A stretch of DNA of 63,765 bases, filler included, from Vannella sp. (lineage: Eukaryota), in the NCBI GenBank assembly GCA_023345925.1. It is 9 parts of 9 records of this genome, joined end to end, with 100 filler letters (N's around TTAATTAATTAA, not from the genome) between each part and the next. Parts side by side here need not be neighbours in the genome. Positions count along the whole stretch, not along the records: positions 5,823 to 13,317 come from JAJQQN010000934.1; positions 13,418 to 19,692 come from JAJQQN010000520.1; positions 19,793 to 28,406 come from JAJQQN010001017.1; 6 more parts are not named here. The stretch is one strand, 5' to 3'. Numbering within the stretch: the first letter of the stretch is position 1; the number at the start of each line of letters is the position of its first letter. This document shows positions 10,776-22,031 of this stretch, one piece after another. The notes under the pieces were generated by a model that saw only the letters and a program-made list of their open reading frames with translations, did not search any database and was not told the DNA's origin. Both the position numbers and the translations under genes were made by a program.

Positions 10776-11372
10776 ATGGCCCCGGGGACGTTCGTGTATG
10801 GTCCGTTGATGTCCTTTCGTGTGCTGGAGGGGCTGATGTATCGTGTCCCAAAGATGCTGCCAGCGTATCTTCCTGGGATGACGCGTTTGCAGTGTCGGGG
10901 ATCGCTGTTACCGGGTGTTTGGCCTGCCGCCGAGTTGAAGCTCTCCCACTTCCCTTTGAAGCACCACGACCTCATTAGAGAGTACTTTCATGAGAAGAAA
11001 CACTCTGAAGCTAACAGCTTCATTCGAATAGGGCACAGCAACCACCACGTGAACAAGGTCCAGGGAATGGTGTTGAAGAACCTTTCCCCTCGTGAGATAG
11101 CGATCTTAGACTGGCATGGGGCTAACGAAGGCTTTCAGCGACACGTCCAACAGATTGTCGTGGGCTACGACAAGAACTGGAACGTGGAAGAAGCCTCCCT
11201 TTACCTTCCCACCGCAGAGAACCTCCCAAACGACGCCAACCCCGAGTTCTGGTGCTTCCACAAGTTTTGTGTGGACCACCTTTCAGACTACCTCCCTTCA
11301 TGCACCCACTCTCGATCAGAATACCTCCAATCCCTTCCTCCTCCCTCCAAATACCAAACGCTCCCTCATTAA
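10776..11372 (+). CDS. AIG2-like / gamma-glutamylcyclotransferase-fold protein (divergent)
   Basis: FVYGPLMS..VL..L..RVP...PAYLPG..R..RG..LPG, then V.GMVL.NLS.RE..ILD...F.R..V. Matches the GGCT/AIG2 pattern by eye. Confidence 0.7.
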   Translation: MAPGTFVYGPLMSFRVLEGLMYRVPKMLPAYLPGMTRLQCRGSLLPGVWPAAELKLSHFPLKHHDLIREYFHEKKHSEANSFIRIGHSNHHVNKVQGMVLKNLSPREIAILDWHGANEGFQRHVQQIVVGYDKNWNVEEASLYLPTAENLPNDANPEFWCFHKFCVDHLSDYLPSCTHSRSEYLQSLPPPSKYQTLPH

Positions 11373-13044
11373 TCCCATAATCAAGCGATGCTTCCGGAAA
11401 TCTGTGCTGAATTCTACCTTGATTACCGATTCCTTTGGTTTCTGACCAACTTGCCTGTGCAGCTGCTGAGAGGGACTGAGAGAGAGAGCTGTTGCTTTGA
11501 TTCAGAGATGATCTTGCAAAGCCGTCACTGAACGGACAACAAAAGGGCCCTTGACGACAGAGTGGCTTTCGAAGATTTCAGTATGAGAGCGCATCTAGTC
11601 TATGCACAAGTGGTGGTGGCAGAGAGAGAGCACATAATCTTGGTCCTTTGCGCTTCTTCTGAATTCTGCAGCATGTACATTCCACGTCCTTCCTATGGGA
11701 GCGGACTGGACAGTAGCTGAATGAACTCCGTCTACGGCCACAGGCTGTCTTCTTCTTGCGGGCGTTCTTGTTAAAGTCCCTGGACACTACGGGAAAGTGC
11801 TCACAGCCAGGGAAGGGATCCCATCAGCATACCGTTCGGGTTCGGGCGCTCTCTTTCTTCAGATCCTCTCGTAACTTCGCGTCCGAAGATATGATCGAGT
11901 GTTCATAGTCTCACCTACAAGGGGCAGCAATTGAAGAGTGTGTCTCCCTTGTTTATGGAGGAAGTGGTGCAAGGGGAAGATACAAAAGGTGACTTGAGGT
12001 AACAGAGGGACTCTGAAGAGCTTACAAAGGGCGTCTGTCATTCTCCCTGCGTTTGGACACCAAAATGAATGGAGGATAGCGCGGCACCTCCAAGGAGGGA
12101 TACCAGAGTTGAATTGGGAGTCGCCGATCACGTTTGGCGTCCAACTTGTCACTCGAGTACCCACCTAACACTGTCCCTGAGGGTTCGGCATACAACGGCG
12201 ACTCGGCTTGTTCTCTCGAAGAGGTCACAAAATCCTCTTCCTCTTCACTCCAAGTCCTCAAGATCTCTCAGGATGAAAGAGTCATTGAATGTTACTCCTT
12301 CTACCTTCCTCTTTGCCGAGCTGGTCGTGAGGACCTCCAGCAGGCACCCAGCTCCATTTCGTTGGGGTTAATTGTCGTGAACGCACGTGCGAATAGCTCA
12401 AAGCTCATCCGATTCTGTTGTTGGAAGAGGGTTTCGCTCGTTCGCTGGAGCTTGCATGCAGCTGTGGCGATGAACTTGCCACAATCTGCAATCAGCACCT
12501 CTCAGTTGTTCTCTTGATCATAAGTCTCACATTGACAGCGAACTCGATTCGTCTCAGCTAGCCAGGTCGCCGGCACAAGGAGATAAAGCTGTGAAGGGAC
12601 TGACACGAAAACCGGTTGGCTGGTCCGACTCCTATCCCTCCTCCTCGTGCTCCTCTCCTTCTTCACCCTGATGCTCCTCTTCAGTTACTAACTTCCCATG
12701 CAGCCTGAGGAGCAACGAGTTGGACAAGCAGCAGCACGACGCGGAAAAAATACCGACACCAGCAGCCTTATTTGGAACTAACTCATAGCATTCCTAAAGA
12801 ACTGATACAAAGAAAAGAACCAAAAATAGAACTTGGTGGGGAACTCCTTGACTATATTTGGAGTTTGGCTGAATCAGATCGGCGATCCGCACGACGGCCC
12901 ATAAATGGGGAGGATGTCAGACCGACTATTACGTGATAATGGAGAACTTTACAGAGTTGGCTTACGACGATCGTCGATTATTCGCGCGAAGAACCTCACT
13001 TACACCGACAGGATCGTTCTGGCCGCCCTTTTCTTGTTCTTCTG

Positions 13045-13317
13045 ATGGCAAAGGCCATGCTGATTGCCCTCTTCCTTTCTGTTGTGTCTGCTCAACAAAC
13101 ATGCTCGTTTGATCTGCCCATTCCCGTCGTTGCTCCCGTGTTCCTGAACGGGAGGCAGTCAGCCCAGTGTCCACCCTACCCCGCCGCGATTCAATCATTC
13201 CAGTGCAGCTCCACTATGTGTTCCTTCGGTGTGTGTCAACTAGTACGCCTATTCAGTGGAAAAAACGTGACTGTGCAGGACAACACGATGGTGTACGATT
13301 CTCCCTTCGGCAGTGTT
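13045..13317 (+). CDS. Secreted Cys-containing protein, truncated by contig end
   Basis: Signal peptide MAKAMLIALFLSVVSA-QQ. ORF open to the spacer. Confidence 0.55.
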
Positions 13318-13417
13318 NNNNNNNNNNNNNNNNNNNNNNNNNNNNNNNNNNNNNNNNNNNNTTAATTAATTAANNNNNNNNNNNNNNNNNNNNNNNNNNN
13401 NNNNNNNNNNNNNNNNN
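13318..13417. other. Artificial contig spacer
   Basis: N44-TTAATTAATTAA-N44. Confidence 0.99.
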
Positions 13418-14522
13418 TCTCCACCCAGAAGAGCCGGACGGCTTCCCAAAGGAAATAGAGAGATTGATTCAAGACGTCCAGCGATGCGCTCATCAGTCCA
13501 CGAAGCAAGGCGCAGGTGACACTTGATGAGCTTTGAAAAGGCCAAATCAATGGCTCTGCCTCCAGGATGGACTGCCGCAAGCAGTTGGCATCCTCCAACC
13601 TGCCAATAAAGACTGGGCCACCGATTGAAGAGCTGCGATTGAGGCAAGCGGAGAAGTTGGCCTTCATCTTCAGCCAAAGGATGGTTCCATTGATTGTCAA
13701 ACACTTGCTCGCGGGGGACAGACCTTGTCCACCTTCCTCCTCTTGCGTGATGACGGACTGAATAGTCTCTTTCATGTCCTCGAGCACGAAACGAAGAGCG
13801 TGACCGACGTGGAGACTGTCCAGGTGTTGAGCGCCGATTGTAGACAGAACGATCTGAAGAAGCTTTTGCTTGTCGTTGAAGGACAGGTCCGGAGTCTTTG
13901 CAAGCTGAGATCCCATGGCTATCACAACGCCCCGTAAATGCTCACTTTTGTCGACATCCTGGCCCCAGTAGTGAAAGGAGAGCAACTGGAACCCGTTCAT
14001 CGCGTCCAGAGAAGTTTCGCTCTTCAGGTCTTCCCCAATCGCTCTGGCTCTCTCTTCGTAATAGTAGCTTACTTCAGATAAATTGACTTCGAAAGAACGG
14101 GAGACACTAGCCATGAGAGAGTAGTACTGAAGAAGGACGGCTGGGGACGCCGCTTTGTCAAAGTTTCGGGCGTCAATACCTCCATAAAATGTGTGAGTAT
14201 AGTTGATACGACTGAAATAGGTCTCGATCCACGCTCTGTTGAGTGCACTTCGCACCAACGCGGTTTCCCCCTTCGACTTGCGCGCGTCCAGCTCTGCGGT
14301 GGCTTTCATGGTGTAGGGCGGCTCTTGTTGGGGTACGAACGTGAATGAGACCGTCTCTCTATCATTTGCTACCACCTCTGCACTATTAGAGCATTCGTCC
14401 CCACTCATTTGGCATCGATGGCAAGGTGAACTTCCTTCACATCTGCGCTTCGATATCCGACAGCTTTCACAAGCTCCGCGACGACTTCCCTTCTGGACTT
14501 GTAGCTTCAATCGTCCCATCAT
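13418..14522 (-). CDS. Zn(II)2Cys6 binuclear-cluster transcription factor, 3' truncated
   Basis: CESCRISKRRCEGSSPCHRCQMSGDEC fits Cx2Cx6Cx5Cx2Cx6C. Clear paralog of 15104-16522. Confidence 0.88.
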
Positions 14523-14706
14523 CGGAAGAGGCTAGCGCACCGTCCCGATCTCCCCTTTCCTAATTAATAAGGTCATTCTTTTCCTTGGCTTTAGAAGCAA
14601 GAAGCAAGAATTTGCGTGAGTTATGCTGAGAGCCACCAACTGGGTCCTCGCAGCCGATATCCCTTCTTTGAATTGTTTGCAATTTCGGCCGTGAGGGAAT
14701 GGCCAA

Positions 14707-14803
14707 CCACTGGCCTCCGTTGAAAAGTGCTTCTAAATTCGACTGGCACCAATGCGAATGAAAATTTTATATGTTATTAAGAGGGCTACTTTTCCTTCGC
14801 TTG
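14707..14803 (-). repeat. Dispersed non-coding element, copy C
   Basis: Reverse complement aligns with 34782-34878 at about 80% by hand count, sharing GGAAAAGTA.CCCTCTT, AACATATAAAA, CGAATTTAGAAGCACTTT and GGAGGCCAG.GG. Confidence 0.85.
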
Positions 14804-15103
14804 AGAGGAGAACCAGAAATGAACTCTTTCGAAGGCCCGTTGGAGAGAGTTTTACTGCGGCTGAGAACTCTCTCAACCAATACTATCAGGAGTACCTCTA
14901 CATTCGACCGGTATCCCTGCAAACCCAGGTTTGAAACGTCTCTGGAGGGACTTTTCTCCATAATGAGGTCCAGTGAAACCCTCTCTCCCGGACCGAGACT
15001 TCGTCCGGAAGCCCATTTGAATGAGATTTGTATTACGTGCGAGCCTCAAATCAAGCCGACATACTCAACTCTTGTTGGCGTTTGCAATGAAAGGTTCTGA
15101 CAT

Positions 15104-16522
15104 TTAAAGCTGTCCAATGAGTGTCTCCGTCTCGTAGCCTGCAGCATCTTCTGGATGATGGAAATGGGTATCTAATCCAGACGACGATTGGTCTGATTGA
15201 ATGTTAAGTGGGCTGGATGAGAAGCGCCGTTGTAAATAATCAGATTCCTCGAGAAACAACCTTTTGGCTTCTGAGAACTGACTGCTGAGACTGAATTGGA
15301 TTTCTGATAGTTTTAAGGCTAAAACGCTTTCGTTACAAGCTATGGCAATGCGGAATCCGAGATGAAGGATGGTAGGAGTGCTAACAGCATAGTCAAGAGA
15401 TTTGTCTTCCTCATGGAACTGAACAGCCTCCCAGAAAGACTTGATCGATTGGCCCAAGTCATCCAATGACGCTTTCATCAATCCTTTCATCAGAGAACTC
15501 ATCACTCGAAGAGAGCTTTTCTCAAAAGGGCGCAGAATTGGTTCGGTGACAAGAATGGATTTTCTCAATCGATGAACAGCTTCCATTCCACCAATAAACA
15601 CAGGAGAGTCTATCTTTGTACTTCGATGAATGCAATCTGAGAAGTTAGAGCGCATCTGCAGCCACTGAATAGTTCCTCTTATCGTCAAAGAGTTATTGGA
15701 GAGCACTTGTGAACCTGCTTCTGCTCCCCGCTGACTCTCCTCATCTTCCTGCCTTGATACAATCCGAATCAGGTCCGCCATGTCTTCTAATACTATTCTA
15801 AGAGAACCTCCAATGGACAGACTGTCCATATTTTGAGCTCCCAACGCGCAGAAGACGATTCTGAGCAATCTCTTCATCTCTGAAGTGGTCAAACTTGAGC
15901 TCTTGGCCAGAGAAGAGCCCAAACAGACGACTTGATGACGGAAATAGTCGCTTTTAGGGCCATCTTGACCCCAATAGTGGAAGGAAAGCAGCTGGAAGGC
16001 TGCCATGACATCTAAAGAGACACTGTGTGACATAGTAGCGATCGTTTCTTGCGCTCTGCATTCGTAGTAGCCCACAGAAGCTCGGTTGGGCTCAAAAGTG
16101 CGGGCCACACTCGCCATTGCGGCGTAGTATTGGAGTAGAATAGCGGGGGAAGACGCCTTATCGAACACTCGAACGTCACTAGCTCCATAGAACGAAGGAC
16201 CGCAGTTAATGCGCCAGAAGTACGTCTCCATCCATCCTTGGTTGATCGCCGTGCGAGCGAGGACTGTCTTCTCGTTCAAGACAGCAAAGGTTGGTGTTAT
16301 GACACTCTCCAGATGCTCAAATCCATCTAGAACGCCCCTCTTGTCCTCCTCAACCCACCGAAAGGCCCCCCTCGCCGGATCAGCAGCACTGACGACACAT
16401 TCCTTTCCCAACCGAGCACATCGAGTGCAAGGGAAGCCTCCTTCACACCTGCGCTTCCGTCTACGACAGAAGTCACACGCAGTACGCTCATTTCCCCTGC
16501 AGCTGTTGCGGGAGGACGCCAT
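15104..16522 (-). CDS. Zn(II)2Cys6 binuclear-cluster transcription factor
   Basis: CDFCRRRKRRCEGGFPCTRCARLGKEC. Intronless. Shares W.ETYF.RIN, SPA.LLQYY and FQLLSFHYWGQD with its tandem neighbour. Confidence 0.9.
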   Translation of the reverse strand: MASSRNSCRGNERTACDFCRRRKRRCEGGFPCTRCARLGKECVVSAADPARGAFRWVEEDKRGVLDGFEHLESVITPTFAVLNEKTVLARTAINQGWMETYFWRINCGPSFYGASDVRVFDKASSPAILLQYYAAMASVARTFEPNRASVGYYECRAQETIATMSHSVSLDVMAAFQLLSFHYWGQDGPKSDYFRHQVVCLGSSLAKSSSLTTSEMKRLLRIVFCALGAQNMDSLSIGGSLRIVLEDMADLIRIVSRQEDEESQRGAEAGSQVLSNNSLTIRGTIQWLQMRSNFSDCIHRSTKIDSPVFIGGMEAVHRLRKSILVTEPILRPFEKSSLRVMSSLMKGLMKASLDDLGQSIKSFWEAVQFHEEDKSLDYAVSTPTILHLGFRIAIACNESVLALKLSEIQFSLSSQFSEAKRLFLEESDYLQRRFSSSPLNIQSDQSSSGLDTHFHHPEDAAGYETETLIGQL

Positions 16523-16581
16523 CACGAAGAGCTGGAGAAGAGGAAATGCAGATTTGTTGGAAGTAGAAACGCCAGAAGCTT

Positions 16582-19500
16582 CTAATCAGTGGGAGCAGGG
16601 CGTTGGCGTTCATGCGAGGCCATGCCAGAGACGAAGCCGCTCCAGGGATTGTAAAGCGCCTCTTCGCTCACCTTGACGTAACGTTGGGTGCCTTCAGTGA
16701 CTCCCTGGACGACCAAGGGGTTGGTATGTTGCTCCACCTCGTCCATACGAAGAACATCATGGCGCACGTAGATAGTCAAGCGGTCTACGACCTTCCGGAA
16801 GCGTTCGTAGTCGACATTGGGGTCCACGCTGGTCCAACTAGTGTGATGCTGTCTCATCTAAGCCCATTGGAGGTTAGTAATGCTCTCTTAAGGTAAAAGA
16901 GGAGGTCAATGGAGCTGACCTTGCTGATAATCTGCCTTTTAAGTGAGTAAATGACCTAAACCTGGGGAAAGGGCTCCTCTTACATCGCAACGGGCTTCGT
17001 GAATGCGAATGGCACTCTTGCGGACGACAGTATCGAAGAGCTTCTCCGAGTTTTGAGCCCAAGCTTGGTCAATAACAGTCCATTGGGTGTCCGTTCGTTT
17101 GTCAGGGAACACGGCGAAGAGCTGGTCTGCTGGGCCTTTTGCTAAAAGGAATAAAGAGATCTCCTCGCTGGTCTCCATGGCAACATGAAGAGGAATTTTG
17201 CTCTGTTCGAGAGTCAGTCTGATTCTGATTCCCAAAAGCTCTTGGATGGAGGTATATCATACCTCCAAATCAGAGAAGAGATAGTGAGCAGGAGCCCCAA
17301 TCTTCACAATGAATTTGGCCAAATCGAGGTTACCAAGGTAACAAGCACTCATCAAAGGGGTACGCTGGTTCAGAGTTAGCAAAGTCTGGCTTTGGTTGGA
17401 TTGTGACGTACTAAGCGTTCATCTGGGCGATTGGCTTGGTCGTAGCCATCCTTATCGACCAGGAGCTCAACAATATCCATAATTTCGGGGGTTGCTTCCC
17501 GCACAGCATACGAGAATGGCAATACCTGTCATCCAGTAAGGCCTAGAACTGCTTCCACTCTGTGACAGGCAACTTACACCAATCCACTTGTTCCTTCCGG
17601 GAATAAGGAAGGGAACCTCATTTCGAAGTTGCTTGTGTCCCCCAATATCAAGTAAGAGCTTGACAGCGGCCACCTTACCAGAAGCGCATGCCAAATGGAT
17701 GGGCCCAACCTAATGCACATTAGCTTTCTCCATCCGAGGCCCCTGGCAGAGACTAACATCCTCTTTGGTCTAACATTCATTCAGTTGGTAGTCAGGAGAG
17801 TCAAAATTTGTTACTCACCAGCTTTGTGATCAGTCCCGGTCCAGCCTTGTCAAGCATAAGCTTCATGACACCAGCATGGCCAATCTTGCATGCCAGATGG
17901 AAAGGAGAGAACTAGCCAACAAATCACGTCAGACTACAGTTGTAAGGAAGCGTGTCTGCTCACCCCATGCTCGTCACACTTGTTGAGTTGCTTCTTTTTG
18001 TAGTCCGAGTTTTGCATAATCCATTTGGCGCAAGAGTCATCTGGATTCTGGCAAGCATAGTACAGGCAATCCAACTGCTACAGTAAGAACGCACTCTGCG
18101 AAGCTTGACAGCAAACCTACGCCAGCTTTGTTGATGGCTGTGAGCTGGCTTTTCCCTCCAAAAGACAAGAAGATGTGCATCACCCGAGCAGGGAAGTGCT
18201 GCACCACCATGAAGAATGGCAGCAGCTAATCCATCATGAGAGGATGAAACAGAACGATAAAATGAAACCAACCTTGTCAGGGGTCGCCATATTAATCACT
18301 TCAGGTCCTCCCAAAGGCAGCAGCAGATTGATAGTGTCTTCATGCTTGTGGAGACAAGCCAAGTAGAGAGGAGTGATTTTCTAATCAAGCAGAGGTTAAT
18401 GCGATTCTTGCACCTGACGCTCAGGGCACAGACGCTTTTCTTGTCACAGAATGTTGCTTGCTCCTCTCCTCCTATTCGAAGGAGTGACTTGACAACGGGG
18501 GCACTGTCAGTATCTCTAGAGCAGGCACAGTGGATCGGATATGTATCCTTTTACCAAGTCAGCTAGCAGTTGAATTTGTTTCTTTGAACGCACCCATTCA
18601 TCTTGCACCAATACCTGGCGCTTTGTTCCCAGCATAAGGATCAGCTCGACCAAATCTGCGTTGGCATAGCGGCACGCCCAATGTATCGGGAGAGTCTTCA
18701 CAAAATAAGCTCTTCATCTTGGATACTAATCCATAACCACCATTGACTTACCACTCGTAGCTATCACCGTGTTAGACTTCTGCATTCTGGGTGGTCTGAA
18801 AGCTCTCTCTCACCTTCTGTATAGCATCCAAGTTGTCATTTGACTTAGAACTGAGGAGAGCTCGCAGATCAAGGTCATCCCAATCCTTCTTGCTTCGGGA
18901 GGAGTTTCCCTGAAAGGAATGAAAGTGAGTTAAATGGGGTTTCCTCAAGGTTGTAAGCTGCCCACGACAGCGACCCAGAACGCACCATTGGAATCTGAAT
19001 GAACGTTAGGAGTGTGAAGACAGTGGAAGAGCGAGAACTCACTGGCTCAAACAAGAGATCTTCGTGTCCATTTGTGAGCAAGACGAGCACAAGCTTAGAT
19101 GCACCTGTGGTACACGCCATTCGCATGATCTCGCGCTGTCCAACAGTTAAACCCTCTCTCCCACCAAGCATCAGAACAGCGGGAGGCTTACGCGGCATTC
19201 ATTCTAACAGGAATGTGTGAGTCTTCCTGCATCCTTCCAGCAGAGAGATACTTACCAGTGCTAATTGGCCCATGCCACCTTCTTCCATGGTGGGAAGAAG
19301 AGCTTCGACAGCTTCTGAGTTGTTCTTCAAGCAGGCCGCTTGAATACCAGCTACAAGGTCTTTGAAGCTCAAAGCTGCTGGTACTGGCGCCATAGAGGCT
19401 AGAGGGTTCGTCTGCATCCCTGAGCTCGCCCACGCAGGGTCTTCCGAAGAGGCGGAGGCAAGCGGGGCAGCTTGGCGGGTGGTTTGTGGCGATCTCGCGG

Positions 19501-19692
19501 GAACTGGAGCAGGAGGGCTGGCTGCAGGTGTTTGATGTGGAACAGAGGATACACGTGGAACAGATGGTGAGAGAGAACCACCCGAGGGAGTCACAGAGGG
19601 CGAGTAGGACGCCACAGGGGCAGGAACCGATTGCAAGCTTGGTGCTGGAGCATAGACCGTTGGTATGGAAGCAGCTTGGTTATCCAGAGGAT
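16582..19692 (-). CDS. Multi-exon ankyrin-repeat protein with Pro/Ser-rich N-terminal part, 5' truncated; exon borders approximate
   Basis: Ankyrin-like exons LPIHWACRYANADLVELIL, SPFHLACKIGHAGVMKLML, HACASGKVAAVKLLL and IPLHVAMETSEEISLFLL, separated by short GT-AG introns. Confidence 0.75.
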
Positions 19693-19792
19693 NNNNNNNN
19701 NNNNNNNNNNNNNNNNNNNNNNNNNNNNNNNNNNNNTTAATTAATTAANNNNNNNNNNNNNNNNNNNNNNNNNNNNNNNNNNNNNNNNNNNN
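19693..19792. other. Artificial contig spacer
   Basis: N44-TTAATTAATTAA-N44. Confidence 0.99.
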
Positions 19793-19992
19793 TGCTCTCC
19801 TCTTCTTAGGGGGTGGTCTTGGGCGCTTGTCTGGTCGACGCCCCTTGATTGACCTACTGAAGCATCTTTGATGATTTCATCGTCTGATTGAGCGTCTGCT
19901 GTTGCAGGGACTTCCTCGTCGGCCAGGCTTTTGCAACGGAAGGTAACGGTCTCTGAGCCTCTGATGCCCAAACCACCACTCCTTCGATACAT
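19793..19992 (-). CDS. N-terminal fragment of hypothetical protein, truncated by contig end
   Basis: ATG-initiated ORF open to the spacer, protein-like composition, no motif. Confidence 0.35.
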
Positions 19993-20095
19993 AGGAGTGT
20001 ACTTTCTATTGTTTAGAGACTTAAAACTAGTGTTTCTCGGGGGTTTTCACCACGAAAGCCTCTCCCTTCCCAAAATGACGTAATAATGACATACT

Positions 20096-20126
20096 TCTCC
20101 AAATCTCCAAATCTCCAAATCTCCAA
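20096..20126. repeat. Tandem 8-mer (TCTCCAAA) x about 4
   Basis: tctccaaa tctccaaa tctccaaa tctccaa. Confidence 0.9.
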
Positions 20127-20725
20127 GGGAGAGGGGGATCGCGCGATATGGGGAACCTCTCGGCGGGCCCGGACTCATCATCAATTTCTCCCCACTCTTT
20201 AACCTTCACTGAAAGGAGCGGAGTGGATTCTAGCCACACTGCAAAAACTGACCAGTAGTTGCCCAGTTCATTGCGCTCTTTCTCGCCTCGGAAGCTACCA
20301 GAAAAGCGCTCGCTTCAAGAAACTGTTTTACCAATCCCTATCTTGGAACGAGAAAAGTCACGAGCGTGGGCATTTCCATCCGGACACTCTACTCAAACAC
20401 GAGTTTTGGAACCCTCTTCCCTTCTCGTGAATTCTCTCAACCTTTCAAACCAGGAGAACAACGATTAGTTGCTCCAATTCTCCTCAAGATCAGCACACTC
20501 ATCCAGAGTCACAGTTTTAGTTTCATTATTCGCATTCAGAGCCTCATCTGGGGAAATGTTGAAGCCCGTTCGTGAACTGTCTTGAGCCTATATTCTCGCT
20601 TTATTCTGGTAATCAACGGAAAGGTCTTTGAAGGTTGAACTCAAAGATAGCCTCGCTTGAAAGCAAACTTTCTGATTCTTTTCTTCTGAGAAGAGTATTG
20701 ATGAGGTTGGGTAAACCCTTATTGA

Positions 20726-20971
20726 TCAGCTTCGTTTGCCAAACAGCTTAAAGATATGGTTCCTTCTTGCCACTTGAGTGGACTGCGTGTGGCGACGAGC
20801 CACGAGCTTTTTCTGCTTCAGTTCGAGAAGCTCGTAATGAGAGTTTGGGTGCTTTCGAAAGTACTCCTCAAAGAATCGTTCCACCACTTCCGTTGGCTCG
20901 CACACACCATTCCTCCATGCTACCATCGCCATCTTGTTTGTAATACATGTGCTCCTCCGCTCGCCTGCCAT
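20726..20971 (-). CDS. Small basic hypothetical protein
   Basis: ORF MAGERRSTC...EVVERFFEEYFRKHP...KLFGKRS; no recognisable domain. Confidence 0.35.
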   Translation of the reverse strand: MAGERRSTCITNKMAMVAWRNGVCEPTEVVERFFEEYFRKHPNSHYELLELKQKKLVARRHTQSTQVARRNHIFKLFGKRS

Positions 20972-21171
20972 ACTTGGCGGAATTGAAATGAAAACCAGGA
21001 ACGCTGGGATCCCAGAAATAGCTGGAATTCCAGGGGAATGACCATTGCAATTATGGGAGAGACATTTCACCCAATTGCGGTTTCGTCAGTGCATCCATGT
21101 GTCATTGATGACCCAAAGGCGCTTAGTTCCTTCGCTTTGTGCTTTAGTTCTTTTATTAATTGTTCGGTGGG

Positions 21172-22020
21172 ATGGGGTGGTCGCCAGCAGCTCTGCAAGG
21201 AGTGACGGACAAGACTTCATTCTCTCTGACAGAAGAGCAGAATAGGGATGCTTGCTTACGTTCTCTGCGTTTCTTTGATCTGCAGTGGTCACAGGAGAAC
21301 ATGACGAAAGCCTTCTGGTTTGTCGCCAACCGAAATATCTCTTCTCGACTGCAATCGGGACCCTCCTGCGGGCTTATTGCGCTTCAAATGGCCATGGATG
21401 CTTTAGGTGTCACCTCTCCCGTCCCTGATCTGGATATCCTCTCCCAGGCCCAACAGAGAGGCTTCAGCAACAAAGGGGAGATGTTCTTTGCAGAGAATTT
21501 GGCACGTTTAGGCGAGGACTTGTTCCCTATGACTACTTGTGAATGTGCAACTATCCCCTCTTCATCTTCAGATGTCGCATCTTTGCTGTTGGAAGGTGCC
21601 TTGGTGCTATTTCCCTATGACGCATCTGCCAACCACACTCCAGGACTCTTTTCTGGCGTCAAGGCACATTGGGCTTTACTCAAAGGATTTGCTGTCGCTG
21701 TTCCAGAAGATACTCTTGCTTCTATCTCCAATGTGGAGGCATTCCGGACGGAGGAGTGGAATACCAAACTCTCTCCTCTGCCCCTGCCAGCTCCACTGGA
21801 TCAGCAGGCACAGAACTCCATTCTGCAGCTAGAGAATCATTTAGTTATTGCACAACAGGGCAAGAGCAAGTATCAGGCTGTCTGGGACTATCGAGAACTC
21901 GTTGCCTCCAATCTAAATCTGGTCCAACCCGCTCCCTCCGCTGAGAAAGAAGGCCTTTTAGTTCCTTCTGACTTGTCTGGTCTCCAGGGAAGAATGGTCA
22001 TCATCAGACGAACAAAGTAG
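21172..22020 (+). CDS. ACTMAP: Actin maturation protease (C19orf54/UPF0692 family)
   Basis: LQSGPSCGLIAL (catalytic Cys), GFSNKGEMF, PYDASANHTP...G.KAHWALL.G, QQGKSK...W...L..SN.NL. Confidence 0.9.
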   Translation: MGWSPAALQGVTDKTSFSLTEEQNRDACLRSLRFFDLQWSQENMTKAFWFVANRNISSRLQSGPSCGLIALQMAMDALGVTSPVPDLDILSQAQQRGFSNKGEMFFAENLARLGEDLFPMTTCECATIPSSSSDVASLLLEGALVLFPYDASANHTPGLFSGVKAHWALLKGFAVAVPEDTLASISNVEAFRTEEWNTKLSPLPLPAPLDQQAQNSILQLENHLVIAQQGKSKYQAVWDYRELVASNLNLVQPAPSAEKEGLLVPSDLSGLQGRMVIIRRTK

Positions 22021-22031
22021 CCGAAGTGGCA

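Noticed and set aside
12040..12170. PAF-acetylhydrolase/dienelactone-hydrolase-like motif RRLPIQLWYPS
   Set aside because: Isolated short match with no GxSxG or continuous ORF; insufficient for a gene call.
14752..15100. Short plus-strand ORFs between the Zn2Cys6 genes
   Set aside because: They overlap the dispersed non-coding element and have no motifs.
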